This document shows, one piece after another, positions 33,185-42,247 of a stretch of 64,000 nucleotides of DNA. Source of the stretch: Candidatus Vogelbacteria bacterium (GTDB lineage: Bacteria > Patescibacteriota > Minisyncoccia > Phycocordibacterales > XYD1-FULL-46-19). The DNA lies in contig CAIPHT010000005.1 of NCBI GenBank assembly GCA_903864935.1, positions 9,867-73,866 on the forward strand. Direction: 5' to 3'. The notes under the pieces are model-generated. The model ran no database searches, had not been told where the DNA came from, and saw nothing but the letters and a program-made list of their open reading frames with translations. Made by a program: the position numbers and the translations under genes. Positions within the stretch are counted from its first letter, which is position 1, and the number at the start of each line of letters is the position of its first letter.

Positions 33185-34599
33185 GATTAAAGACTTTAAA
33201 TTCTGGCTACTTATTAATCCAAGTTCTCGTTTTTGGAGCCATTGGAGTGGTTATTATTACGGGTCTTCTTGGTTGGGCCGGGACAAGTCTGCGTTACTCC
33301 AAACTTCTTAATTCTCGAGAACAAGCCTTAGCCATTGCCGAGTCTGGCCTTGATTATTATCGTTGGCACTTGGCCCATGCTACCAAAGACTTCCAAGATG
33401 GCACGGGGCGTGTGGGTCCTTATGTCCACTCTTTTGCGGATAAGGACGGTAATGTTATTGGTCAATTCACTCTTACAATTACACCGCCAATTGTCGGCTC
33501 GACGATTGTTACAATTGTTTCTAAAGGAGAAGTTTTTGACGGGTCCAAGGCGGTACGAACCTTAGAAAGTAAATTAGCAATACCTTCTCTCGCGAAGTAT
33601 GCGATGGTGGCTAATACCGATATGCGTTTTGGTGAGGGGACCGAAGTCTTTGGCCCCGTTCATTCCAATGGTGGTATCCGTTTTGACGGCTTGGCTCATA
33701 ATTTGGTCACTAGTGCCCGAGCGACCTACTCTGACCCGGATCATGTTGGTGCCGATGAATACGCTGTTCATACTCACTTGGGAACGGTTGATCCACTCCC
33801 TAATGCTACTTTGCCAGCACGAACAGATGTCTTTATGGCGGGGAGGCAGTCTCCCGTGCCAGCGGTAGATTTCGTTGGCTTGTCGGCCGATTTGGCCACA
33901 ATTAAGGCCAGTGCCAACACCTCGAGCGGTAAGTACCTTGCCAATTCTGGGTCGCAGGGTTATCACTTAATTTTAAAAACCAACGATACCTTTGATGTTT
34001 ATAAAGTTACTTCGATCATCTCTACTCCTAGGAACTGTGATGACCCTGGTAACCAGGATGATTGGGGAACCTGGAGCATCAACAAAGAGACCTATGTGAC
34101 TAATTACCCTTTCCCATCCAATGGTTTGATTTTTGTTGAGGATAATGTCTGGGTCTCGGGACAAATCAATACGGCGCGAATTACAATTGCCTCGGCCCGT
34201 TTCCCTGAGAGTACCAACACCAACACTAGCATTACTATTAATAGTGACCTTAAATATACAAACTTCGATGGGCAAGATGTGATCTCGCTCGTGGCTCAAG
34301 ATAATATTAATGTTGGAGAATATAGTGATGATGACTTGGAGATTGACGGGGCCCTCGTGGCTAAGGGTGGGCGAGTTGGTCGTTATTACTATGAAAGTGC
34401 TTGTGATAATGCTGATCGACACAGCCTTACCCTCTTTGGTATGATTGCCACTAAAGAACGTTACGGTTTTGCTTATACTGATGGTCGTGGCTATGATATC
34501 CGCAATATCACCTATGATGGCAACCTCTTGTATGGTCCGCCGCCATCCTTCCCTCTGACTTCTGACCAGTATCAAACAATTTCTTGGCGAGAAATTTAA
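33181..34599 (+). CDS. PilX-like minor pilin / pilus-associated protein
   Basis: Hydrophobic N-terminal helix (GYLLIQVLVFGAIGVVIITGLL) like PilX-N, a large beta-rich body, ATGA overlap with the previous gene, and a terminator at 34612-34645. Confidence 0.5.
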   Translation: MRLKTLNSGYLLIQVLVFGAIGVVIITGLLGWAGTSLRYSKLLNSREQALAIAESGLDYYRWHLAHATKDFQDGTGRVGPYVHSFADKDGNVIGQFTLTITPPIVGSTIVTIVSKGEVFDGSKAVRTLESKLAIPSLAKYAMVANTDMRFGEGTEVFGPVHSNGGIRFDGLAHNLVTSARATYSDPDHVGADEYAVHTHLGTVDPLPNATLPARTDVFMAGRQSPVPAVDFVGLSADLATIKASANTSSGKYLANSGSQGYHLILKTNDTFDVYKVTSIISTPRNCDDPGNQDDWGTWSINKETYVTNYPFPSNGLIFVEDNVWVSGQINTARITIASARFPESTNTNTSITINSDLKYTNFDGQDVISLVAQDNINVGEYSDDDLEIDGALVAKGGRVGRYYYESACDNADRHSLTLFGMIATKERYGFAYTDGRGYDIRNITYDGNLLYGPPPSFPLTSDQYQTISWREI

Positions 34600-34667
34600 T
34601 TCAAAAATAGTAATGGCCCGCGCAACGGATATTGCGCGGGCCATTGTTTGACCGGGGGAGAAGGCCA

Positions 34668-34895
34668 TTATCTCAGAGTCTTCTGGGGTTCGATGAAGAG
34701 TCCTTGTTCCACGAAGGGGCAGACACCCTTGGCCTTTATTTCCGTGCAGCCACTCTGGTGAAGCTCCCCGTTTGGTTCGCCATCTGTCAACCAGGTGCAC
34801 CCTCTTAGTTTTTCGACTCCGTCCACAGTCTCAAAGTTGACCTTGTGACCAGCGTTGTGGTCACAATCTCTGCGCGTCTTCTTGTTCATGGCCAT
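34668..34895 (-). CDS. small Cys-containing hypothetical protein (75 aa), GC-richer
   Basis: RBS AAAGGAG upstream of the ATG at 34895; four Cys residues; shares the 34612-34645 terminator. Confidence 0.4.
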   Translation of the reverse strand: MAMNKKTRRDCDHNAGHKVNFETVDGVEKLRGCTWLTDGEPNGELHQSGCTEIKAKGVCPFVEQGLFIEPQKTLR

Positions 34896-35132
34896 GACTC
34901 CTTTGTTGTCTGAAAGAACAATTTTGACTTAAACGAAAACGATCCGCCTACAGGGCGGATCGTCTGATTTCGTGAAGTCTTTGATTACACGAATAAACTT
35001 TCCGCCTGAGGCAGACAGTAGCTAAACCAGAAGCTAAAGTTTATTCGATTAATCATACTATATTTAGTCTAACTTATATATGTAAAAAGGCAAGACGGAC
35101 TGTTTATGTCTATTAAAATAAAATTGCAATAT

Positions 35133-35175
35133 CATATATGGTAACATTTTTTACAATTGTAAAAAATGTTACCAA
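35133..35175. promoter_or_regulatory. 36-bp perfect palindrome TGGTAACATTTTTTACAATTGTAAAAAATGTTACCA (copy 1, downstream of the PaaX-like gene)
   Basis: Perfect dyad symmetry. A second copy at 35737-35774 differs by a single centre base. Confidence 0.6.
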
Positions 35176-35194
35176 TTTGGAAGGTTAAAGAAAA

Positions 35195-35713
35195 TTAAAC
35201 AATTTCTTTCTCTTTGACCTCAAAAAATTTGAGGTGGGGGAGAAGGTCCATTGTTTTTAGATGCTCAATAAATTCCTTGGGTAGGGGAGCGGGTCCAAGC
35301 CAAACGCTTTTTTGTAGTAGCTTAAATCCGAGCCCAACCAGTTCTACTCTTAGCCAGTAACGACTTCTTTTCTTGTCTTCTGGGATATCGAAAGCAATGA
35401 TAACTTTTTTGTCCGTTTTGTTCCCTTTAATTGGTGTAGTGTGATTTTTGTATAATTTTTGGCTCTTAAATTTTCTTAGCCCTTCAATTGTCAGACTCCA
35501 ATTTTGCCCATTTTCTTTAAGTAGCCCGTTTTCCTTGAGACGATATAGTGTTGATTTTAATACTTTTTCTTGGGCATATTTCGCTCTTCTTTGCGTTGAT
35601 ACTTTTTCCATCTCCTCTTCTATTCGAGGATCTCCCATCATGTGTAACCGCAAATTACGGTAATTACCTGGATGATTAGATAAAAAGAGAAATATTTGGT
35701 CGGTTAGTTTCAT
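35195..35713 (-). CDS. PaaX-like transcriptional regulator (wHTH + PaaX-middle-domain-like), truncated form
   Basis: N-terminal wHTH (...KVLKSTLYRLKENGLLKENGQNWSLTIEGLRKF). Then DKKVIIAFDIPEDKKRSRYWLRVELVGLGFKLLQKSVWLGP, which resembles the PaaX central domain (GKWLLLLSEGLDKS...QLIWQGFGALAPSLMASP). Confidence 0.55.
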   Translation of the reverse strand: MKLTDQIFLFLSNHPGNYRNLRLHMMGDPRIEEEMEKVSTQRRAKYAQEKVLKSTLYRLKENGLLKENGQNWSLTIEGLRKFKSQKLYKNHTTPIKGNKTDKKVIIAFDIPEDKKRSRYWLRVELVGLGFKLLQKSVWLGPAPLPKEFIEHLKTMDLLPHLKFFEVKEKEIV

Positions 35714-35736
35714 TATTATTATCTATTTTAACAAAT

Positions 35737-35774
35737 GGTAACATTTTTTACAATCGTAAAAAATGTTACCAGAA
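35737..35774. promoter_or_regulatory. 36-bp palindrome copy 2 in the divergent intergenic region between the PaaX-like gene and tpiA (putative operator)
   Basis: GGTAACATTTTTTACAATCGTAAAAAATGTTACC, 60 nt upstream of the tpiA ATG. Confidence 0.55.
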
Positions 35775-35834
35775 AAACAACTTTTTAATAACGGCTCTTT
35801 TTTGTTTATTTTTGTTTTGGTCTATAATAACCCT

Positions 35835-36602
35835 ATGTCTACAAAAATTATTGCTGGGAACTGGAAGATGAATCCGGTGACCCTTAAGGACGTTAAGTCC
35901 ACTTTTGCGGGAATTAAGCGTTCGGTGAGTAAGGTTCGTGGGGTCTCGGTGCTTATTTGCCCACCTTTTATCTATTTACCAGAACTTAAGAAAATGGCGA
36001 TGGGGGGCAAGGTTGAAGTTGGAGCTCAGGACGTGAGCGACAAGGACCAAGGCGCGCAGACGGGGAGTGTCTCGGCTTATATGGTGCGAGACCTTGGCGT
36101 TAAGAGCACAATTATCGGTCACTCCGAGCGACGAGCGGGTGGTGATACCGACGAGATTGTGAACCAGAAGGTCCTGACCGCCCTAACCGCGGGTCTTAAG
36201 GTCATACTCTGTATTGGTGAGAAGGTCCGCGATGAGAAGGGGCAATATCTTGAAGCTTTGCAGAAGCAGCTCGAGAAGGCCCTAGCTGGCTTCCCTGTAA
36301 AATTAGCTGACCGCTTGATTGTCGCCTATGAGCCGGTTTGGGCGATTGGCAAGAATGCGACAGGTGTTGAGACCCCCGACGGCTTTCTTCATAATAAAAT
36401 TTTTATCCGCAAGGTTCTCTCGGGCATACTCGGCAAGAAGAAGGCCCTCGCCGTGCCAGTTCTTTATGGCGGTTCGGCGAATGCCCAAAACGCTGGTGAT
36501 TTTCTTGGTGCCGGTCAGGCCGATGGTCTCTTGGTGGGCCGCGATTCCTTGAATCCTAAGAATTTTGCCGAGATTATTAAGATTGCCTCATTGTCTAAAT
36601 AG
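35835..36602 (+). CDS. tpiA: triosephosphate isomerase
   Basis: IIAGNWKMN, IGHSERR, AYEPVWAIG and YGGS motifs. The ATG at 35835 is preferred over the upstream in-frame extension. Confidence 0.9.
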   Translation: MSTKIIAGNWKMNPVTLKDVKSTFAGIKRSVSKVRGVSVLICPPFIYLPELKKMAMGGKVEVGAQDVSDKDQGAQTGSVSAYMVRDLGVKSTIIGHSERRAGGDTDEIVNQKVLTALTAGLKVILCIGEKVRDEKGQYLEALQKQLEKALAGFPVKLADRLIVAYEPVWAIGKNATGVETPDGFLHNKIFIRKVLSGILGKKKALAVPVLYGGSANAQNAGDFLGAGQADGLLVGRDSLNPKNFAEIIKIASLSK

Positions 36603-36605
36603 ATT

Positions 36606-37676
36606 ATGAAATTCCTTAATCAATTAAAAAAGAAAGATCTCCTAAATAAGAAAGTTCTTGTTCGTGTCGATTATAATGCTCCGATTAAGGCTGGTAAAAT
36701 CACCGAGACAACAAGAATTGATGAGAGTTTGCTGACCATTAATTATCTCTTAGAGAAGGGAGCAAGGGTAATCTTGGTTAGCCATATGGGAAACGATGGG
36801 AGCAAGAGTTTGGCTCCAGTCGCGAAGTATCTTGGAAAATTCTTTGGTGTTCAGTTGGTTAAAAAAATAAATGATCCCAAGCTTGAGAGTTATTTGTTGT
36901 CAGGCCAAATTGTTCTCTTAGAGAATATCCGTCAATATGAAGGAGAGAAAAAGAATGATCCCGCTTTTGCAAAGCAATTAGCCGGTCTTGCCGATATTTA
37001 TATTAACGATGCCTTCTCGGTTTCGCATCGGGCTCACGCCTCCGTCTCGGCCATTACTAAGTACTTGCCAAGTTATGCCGGCCTACTCTTTGCTAAAGAA
37101 TTTAAAAATTTAAGTTTGGCCCTTAAGCCTAGACAGCCTCTCACGGTAATTTTGGGCGGTATCAAATTCGAGACCAAGATTCCGCTCATTAAGAAATTTT
37201 TGAAGACGGCTGACCAAATTTTTATCGTTGGTGCTTTTGCCAATTCCTTTATGAAGGCGATGGGTTGTGATATTGGTGCTTCGATTGCCGATGATGATGT
37301 GAGTTATATTAAGCCGTTCTTGAAAAATAAAAAAATTGTAGTGCCATCAGATGTGGTGACTAATAAAAAAGACCAGATTGTTGATATTGGCAAAGATACT
37401 CTAGAGGTTATTGAAGAGGCTGTGAAGAAATCTAAGATGATAATCTGGAATGGTCCCGCGGGTTGGTTTGAGGTTGGGGCTAAGAAGGGGACACTAGAGT
37501 TGGCCAAAATAATTGCTGAAGCCAAAGGCTTCTCAATTGTTGGCGGTGGCGATACCTTGGCGGCGATTCATGAACTTAAAATTGATAAAAAATTCAACTT
37601 CGTCTCCACTGCTGGCGGGGCGATGCTCGATTTTCTCTCTTCCGGCACCTTGCCGGGGATCAAAGCATTAAAATAA
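36606..37676 (+). CDS. pgk: phosphoglycerate kinase (compact, 356 aa)
   Basis: VRVDYNAP, ILVSHMG, and a hinge plus C-terminal nucleotide-binding motif (GGGDT..A); directly after tpiA. Confidence 0.85.
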   Translation: MKFLNQLKKKDLLNKKVLVRVDYNAPIKAGKITETTRIDESLLTINYLLEKGARVILVSHMGNDGSKSLAPVAKYLGKFFGVQLVKKINDPKLESYLLSGQIVLLENIRQYEGEKKNDPAFAKQLAGLADIYINDAFSVSHRAHASVSAITKYLPSYAGLLFAKEFKNLSLALKPRQPLTVILGGIKFETKIPLIKKFLKTADQIFIVGAFANSFMKAMGCDIGASIADDDVSYIKPFLKNKKIVVPSDVVTNKKDQIVDIGKDTLEVIEEAVKKSKMIIWNGPAGWFEVGAKKGTLELAKIIAEAKGFSIVGGGDTLAAIHELKIDKKFNFVSTAGGAMLDFLSSGTLPGIKALK

Positions 37677-37682
37677 ATTATT

Positions 37683-39236
37683 ATGAAAGAAGGGCAACTA
37701 GATGATTTTAGAAATTTTCGCCAAGCTTCTAAGGAAGTTGGTTATGATGACGACGAACGAAAGCTGATTGCGGTAGAGCCATCTCTAGTCCTAGAGGAAG
37801 CCAGTGATTCTTTGAGAGAAAAAGTGACACCCGAAATAATTTCCTCTTTCTTCGAGGCAATAATGGGTAAAAAAGATATCGACGATAATAATCTTGTTGC
37901 ATTAGGTCGTTTTCTTTATAATTTTCGGCCAGATATTAAAGCGCCGAATATGTTTGAGGAAAAAGATGTTCGGTTGATTAACCTCGGTTGTGTATTACTA
38001 GAAAATTCTTTCTATTCTGGACAGATTTTTAATCTTGATAAAAAGGCTACAGCGGCAATGGCTTTTGTGGTTAATGTTTTGGCTAAAATTTTTGAAAGAG
38101 ACGATTTACCCAGTGGCCTAATCGGCTTCAAAAAGGAGAAGTTGGAGGACTTTGTTACTAGTGTTCGTCAATTTGAGGAAAAAGAACTTTTTCCCGATGG
38201 ACCGGATCCAGAGAGAAAGGCCTCTGCTCGCCGTCGAACGATAGAGGATCTCGATCGAGAAATATTAGACCTTTTGAATCAAGCCAAAGAAACTCTGGCT
38301 AATACTAATTGGGAAGATTATTTTTACTATGAGGCCTCTGACCGACTAATGAAAGATTATGACCTTTTGGCCAGTCAAGGCAAAGATTTTAGGCTTTGGC
38401 TTAATGACATAATACATTTTCGTGACTTTATTGCCCTCCCTTCCTTTCGAGAGAGGTTAATCGGCCAGATTAGAGTTGGAATCAGGGCCCTTGAAGCGGA
38501 AGAAAAAGGAGTGGTTGGTCTAAACCGCCAAATTAACACATCCGAAGACACTTTTTTGTTCCGTCGGGGCTCTATCCACCGTATTGTCCATGAAGATATC
38601 ATGACAGAAGACGAGCGCTATGAGTATGGATGTTCCCCGGATACTTTTGCTGCTCTGTTAAAAAAGATCCAGCAAAAAATAGATCAAACACAAAAAGAGG
38701 AAGGAGGAAAGAAAAAACAAATTATCTCAAGTTTTGCTGAGCTCGGGCAAAATTTGGCGCCGCAGATATTGCCCGAGATTTTAGCTGATCTCCAATCTTT
38801 TGTGGGAGAATATGGAGATGATGTGCTTGGTAGTTTGTTGAAGAAATGTCGAGAGGTGGGCCGTCTGATTGTCCAAAGGGAAAGTCTAAAGAATAAAGAC
38901 AATAATTATCAAATCGCCGAACAACGTCTGCGGCAGGGAATGGACGGCAACTTATCCTCAGCCCTTCTTTATTTGTTAAAAACGTCGCTGATTGTGAAGG
39001 ATATGATTGCCGATGAAGAAGGGAAATGGGATCCAAATAGTTTTGGAGGGAGGGATTTAGCCAGCGGAAGAAAAGGCGAAAGTCTTTATCGTTATTCTGG
39101 TGGCCAGACTCCGGTCCATGACTTTCTTCTCTCAAAGGGTGACTCTGGGCCGGCCTATGCGAGGTTACATATACTCCCAGAAGATATTCCTCTTTCCTTC
39201 TGGATCCTGAATTATTTTGACACAAGATCTAAGTAA
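37683..39236 (+). CDS. hypothetical protein (517 aa)
   Basis: Long clean ORF 6 nt after pgk; helical, acidic; no motif recognised. Confidence 0.5.
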   Translation: MKEGQLDDFRNFRQASKEVGYDDDERKLIAVEPSLVLEEASDSLREKVTPEIISSFFEAIMGKKDIDDNNLVALGRFLYNFRPDIKAPNMFEEKDVRLINLGCVLLENSFYSGQIFNLDKKATAAMAFVVNVLAKIFERDDLPSGLIGFKKEKLEDFVTSVRQFEEKELFPDGPDPERKASARRRTIEDLDREILDLLNQAKETLANTNWEDYFYYEASDRLMKDYDLLASQGKDFRLWLNDIIHFRDFIALPSFRERLIGQIRVGIRALEAEEKGVVGLNRQINTSEDTFLFRRGSIHRIVHEDIMTEDERYEYGCSPDTFAALLKKIQQKIDQTQKEEGGKKKQIISSFAELGQNLAPQILPEILADLQSFVGEYGDDVLGSLLKKCREVGRLIVQRESLKNKDNNYQIAEQRLRQGMDGNLSSALLYLLKTSLIVKDMIADEEGKWDPNSFGGRDLASGRKGESLYRYSGGQTPVHDFLLSKGDSGPAYARLHILPEDIPLSFWILNYFDTRSK

Positions 39237-39807
39237 TCTTTAAAATAATTTTTTTAGAATTACAAAGCCGCCAGAGGTCCTAAGACATGGCGGCAAACGG
39301 GGCCCCTCGAGGGGGCAAAAGCAGTGAGCAACGAAATCCAGACGCATGAACTTCGTTGCCTAATCTAAATAAAAATTGAAAGTTAGGGCACTTTCGTGGC
39401 GTCGTCCGTGGGCCTACTACTCCGAGCGATTCGGAGTGCAACTACGCGAGCTCTCGCAGTTGCTACGGCCTTTCTTTATTTATAGAACAGAGAAGATTGC
39501 TGGGGTGGTCTCATCGCTAACTCGCAATTGGGCGAGCGAGGGGTCAGCAAACTTCTTAGAGGAGCATCTAAGTTAAGTATATCATAACCACAAAATTTGT
39601 CAAGGATAAAAATAGAAACCGCCAGGTCTCGCAATGCGGTGGGACCCCAAGGGGGTGGTCGCGTTACGAAAAACTGGCGGCGGTAGCCGGTGGCATCCGG
39701 CCACGCGGGGAGCATTCAGATAGAGCTTGGGCCCCAATGCCCTTCTTTGTGGCATCCCTCTGCCCTTTAGTGTGTCATAACTTCAAAATTCGTCAAGTAT
39801 AAAAACA

Positions 39808-39843
39808 CCGCCCAGGTTTCGGACTCACTTGAGGCCTGGGCGG
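39808..39843. repeat. GC-rich hairpin of the CCGCCCAGG...CCTGGGCGG family (3' of the HIT gene)
   Basis: CCGCCCAGGTTTCGGACTCACTTGAGGCCTGGGCGG. Related copies at 48441-48476, 54947-54986 and 59543-59580. Confidence 0.6.
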
Positions 39844-39859
39844 GGAGAGGAGAAATGGC

Positions 39860-40276
39860 TTAAATTAAAGATTTTTTGATAGCTTCTTGAGTCTCGGCAA
39901 AATCTTCTTTGGTATAGCCACCTTGGCCATGCCAATGGATGAAACCGTCGCCGTCGAAGCGGGGGATGAGGTGTACATGGGAGTGGAAGACGAGTTGGCC
40001 GGCAGCCGGTTCGTTATTCCAACCAATATTTAAGCCATCGGCTTTGGTTCCGTCTTTGATTGCTCTGGCCAGTTTTTGTAAGACTGGGCCTAGTTTGATG
40101 AGAAGTTCTGCGGGTAGGTCGAAGAGGTTGCGGTGGTGTGCCTTAGGTAAGAGCAAGGTGTGGCCAAGATTAACAGGGTTGATATCGAGAACGGCCAGCC
40201 AGTCGTTATCCTCATAAACTTTGTCAGCCGGGATATCGCCGGCGATAATTTTGCAAAAAATACAGTCTGTTTCCAT
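39860..40276 (-). CDS. HIT-family (histidine triad) nucleotide hydrolase
   Basis: GHTLLLPKAHH...HSHVHLIPR: an HxHxHxx histidine triad with the N-terminal CIFCKII motif. Confidence 0.85.
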   Translation of the reverse strand: METDCIFCKIIAGDIPADKVYEDNDWLAVLDINPVNLGHTLLLPKAHHRNLFDLPAELLIKLGPVLQKLARAIKDGTKADGLNIGWNNEPAAGQLVFHSHVHLIPRFDGDGFIHWHGQGGYTKEDFAETQEAIKKSLI

Positions 40277-40326
40277 AATTTTATATATTAGCTCTTATAT
40301 AGTATATTGTATAACAATAAAGACAA

Positions 40327-42081
40327 ATGATTAAGAAAAAATGGGCCCTGAGGAAGGCTATACCGAAGAAAGTTGAGAAAGAATTAACCAATTACCCCGA
40401 ACTTGTTCGGAAACTTCTTTTTTATCGTGGTATCACTACGGCCAAGGACGCCGAGCTCTATCTTAATCCCGACTATGAACGTGACCTTCTCGACCCATTT
40501 CTTATGCAAGATATGAAAAAGGGTGTCGATCGGCTACTGTTGGCGATTGAGAAGGGCGAGCGAGTTGTTATCTTTGGTGACTATGATGCTGATGGTATCC
40601 CCGGTTCGGCTATTCTCTCCTCGTTTTTTGACGAGGTTAAATTTACTAATTATGAAGTTTATATCCCCGATCGGCACAATGAGGCCTATGGTCTGAATGA
40701 GAAGAAGATTGGCGACTTTATCAAAGAAGGGGTCAAAGTCGTCATCACCATTGATTGCGGCATTACTGACGTGAAGGAAGTGGCGATGGCTCAAGCGGAG
40801 GGGATTGATGTGATTATTACCGATCATCACCTTGTCCCACCTATTGCCCCACCCGCCTTTGCCGTGATTGATGCGAAGCGTAGTGATGATGAATATCCTT
40901 ATAAACTTTTGGCTGGCGCGGGTGTCATGTTTAAATTTGTGTGCGCGGTGCTCGCGACCAAGCGCTTCGATCTCCCCGTTGGTTGGGAGAAATGGTTGCT
41001 CGACCTTGTCGCTATCGCCACAGTCTCGGATATGGTGGCGCTCACGGGAGAGAATCGAATGCTGGTCACCTATGGACTTAAAGTTTTGCGTCAGACTCGT
41101 CGCCTTGGCCTCCAGACCCTTCTCTCTCAAATCAAACTCCGCCCGGCGAATATTGTTGAAGATGACATTAGCTTTATGATTGGGCCGCGTATCAACTCGG
41201 CTAGTCGCATGTCGCACGCTTCGCAGGCTTATTATCTCTTAACCACTAAAGATCAAGCCGAGGCCCGGACTATTGCCGATCACCTTGAGGGGAAGAATCA
41301 AGAGCGCAAAGAGGCTGTTGAGAGAATTGTTAAAGATATTGGAGAAAAGTTGGACGGCTTAGCTAGTTTGCCCGAGATTATTGTGATGGGTTCGTCGGAT
41401 TGGGGCCTTGGTGTGCTTGGTATGACCTCGTCCAAAATAACCGAGAAATATGGTCGCTCCGTTTGGCTTTGGAGTAAGAATGACGCTGGGACGATTAAGG
41501 GTTCGTGTCGTTCTGATGGCTCACTCAATGTGGTGGAGGTGATGGCTGGTGCGGGCGATAAATTCTTCAATGATTTTGGCGGACATCCAATGGCGGGTGG
41601 CTTTTCTCTCTCTGGTGACAAAGGAAAAGATTTGGAGAAGAAGCTTGTCGCCTCAGCTAAAAAAGCGAAGAAAAAAGATGTCGTCACTGAGCTCTTGGCA
41701 GACGAAGAGCTTTCTCTTGATCAATTAACTTGGGAGACCTATAAATTGATAGAACCCATGGCTCCTTTTGGGATGGAGAATCCTAAACCCATCTTTTGGT
41801 TAAGAGCGATAGAAATTGACGAGGTAAAATATTTTGGTAACGGAGGTTTGCATCTAGAATTGATGTTTAAAAAGTCTGACGGGAAGAAGATTCCGGCCAT
41901 AGGATTTTTTGTGAGTCCTACTCCCAATGACCCAACCCATATTTTTGGTGATATTAAATTAGAGAAAGGGGAGAAGATTGACCTGCTGGTAACTCTTGAG
42001 AAATCAATGTTTAAAAATTATCCTGAATTGCGTTTACGTATCATAGATCTCAAAAAACCTGAGGGAAAAGTTAAGCCTTAA
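40327..42081 (+). CDS. recJ: single-stranded-DNA-specific exonuclease RecJ
   Basis: DHH motifs (VIFGDYDADGI, TDHH) and a DHHA1 region (GGHPMAGG); 584 aa. Confidence 0.88.
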   Translation: MIKKKWALRKAIPKKVEKELTNYPELVRKLLFYRGITTAKDAELYLNPDYERDLLDPFLMQDMKKGVDRLLLAIEKGERVVIFGDYDADGIPGSAILSSFFDEVKFTNYEVYIPDRHNEAYGLNEKKIGDFIKEGVKVVITIDCGITDVKEVAMAQAEGIDVIITDHHLVPPIAPPAFAVIDAKRSDDEYPYKLLAGAGVMFKFVCAVLATKRFDLPVGWEKWLLDLVAIATVSDMVALTGENRMLVTYGLKVLRQTRRLGLQTLLSQIKLRPANIVEDDISFMIGPRINSASRMSHASQAYYLLTTKDQAEARTIADHLEGKNQERKEAVERIVKDIGEKLDGLASLPEIIVMGSSDWGLGVLGMTSSKITEKYGRSVWLWSKNDAGTIKGSCRSDGSLNVVEVMAGAGDKFFNDFGGHPMAGGFSLSGDKGKDLEKKLVASAKKAKKKDVVTELLADEELSLDQLTWETYKLIEPMAPFGMENPKPIFWLRAIEIDEVKYFGNGGLHLELMFKKSDGKKIPAIGFFVSPTPNDPTHIFGDIKLEKGEKIDLLVTLEKSMFKNYPELRLRIIDLKKPEGKVKP

Positions 42082-42247
42082 AACATCTTGCATTTTCTTA
42101 ATAATTATGTTGTAATCTCGACAGACGAGGCTTAGTAGCCTCTTTTTATCTTTGGTCTCTGACAATTGAGGATACGACGCTCACGAAGCTTGTCTGCTTC
42201 GTGAGCGAGAAAATAAATGCTGAAACATAAGGTTAAGGAGAAAAGTT

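Noticed and set aside
33973-34800. 275-aa ORF on the minus strand
   Set aside because: It is fully antisense to the PilX-like gene (33181-34599), which has a prepilin-like N-terminus and operon context. It has no motifs.
35195-35713. Calling the 172-aa protein a CRISPR Cas2 or VapD-like endoribonuclease
   Set aside because: The VIIAFDIPEDKKRSRYWLRVELVGLGFKLLQKSVW segment superficially resembles Cas2. But the N-terminal wHTH, the match to the PaaX central domain and the absence of any CRISPR array or cas1 favour a PaaX-family regulator.
39240-39860. RNase P RNA, tmRNA, SRP RNA or 6S RNA in the long GC-rich intergenic regions (also 5040-5595 and 54000-54412)
   Set aside because: I looked for the conserved RNase P motifs (GGAAAGTCCGG, ACAGAAnCCGGCTTA), the tmRNA tag-reading-frame and TCCACCA end, and SRP domain IV (GGAAGCAGCCA-type). 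None was found. These regions are reported as unexplained structured DNA instead.
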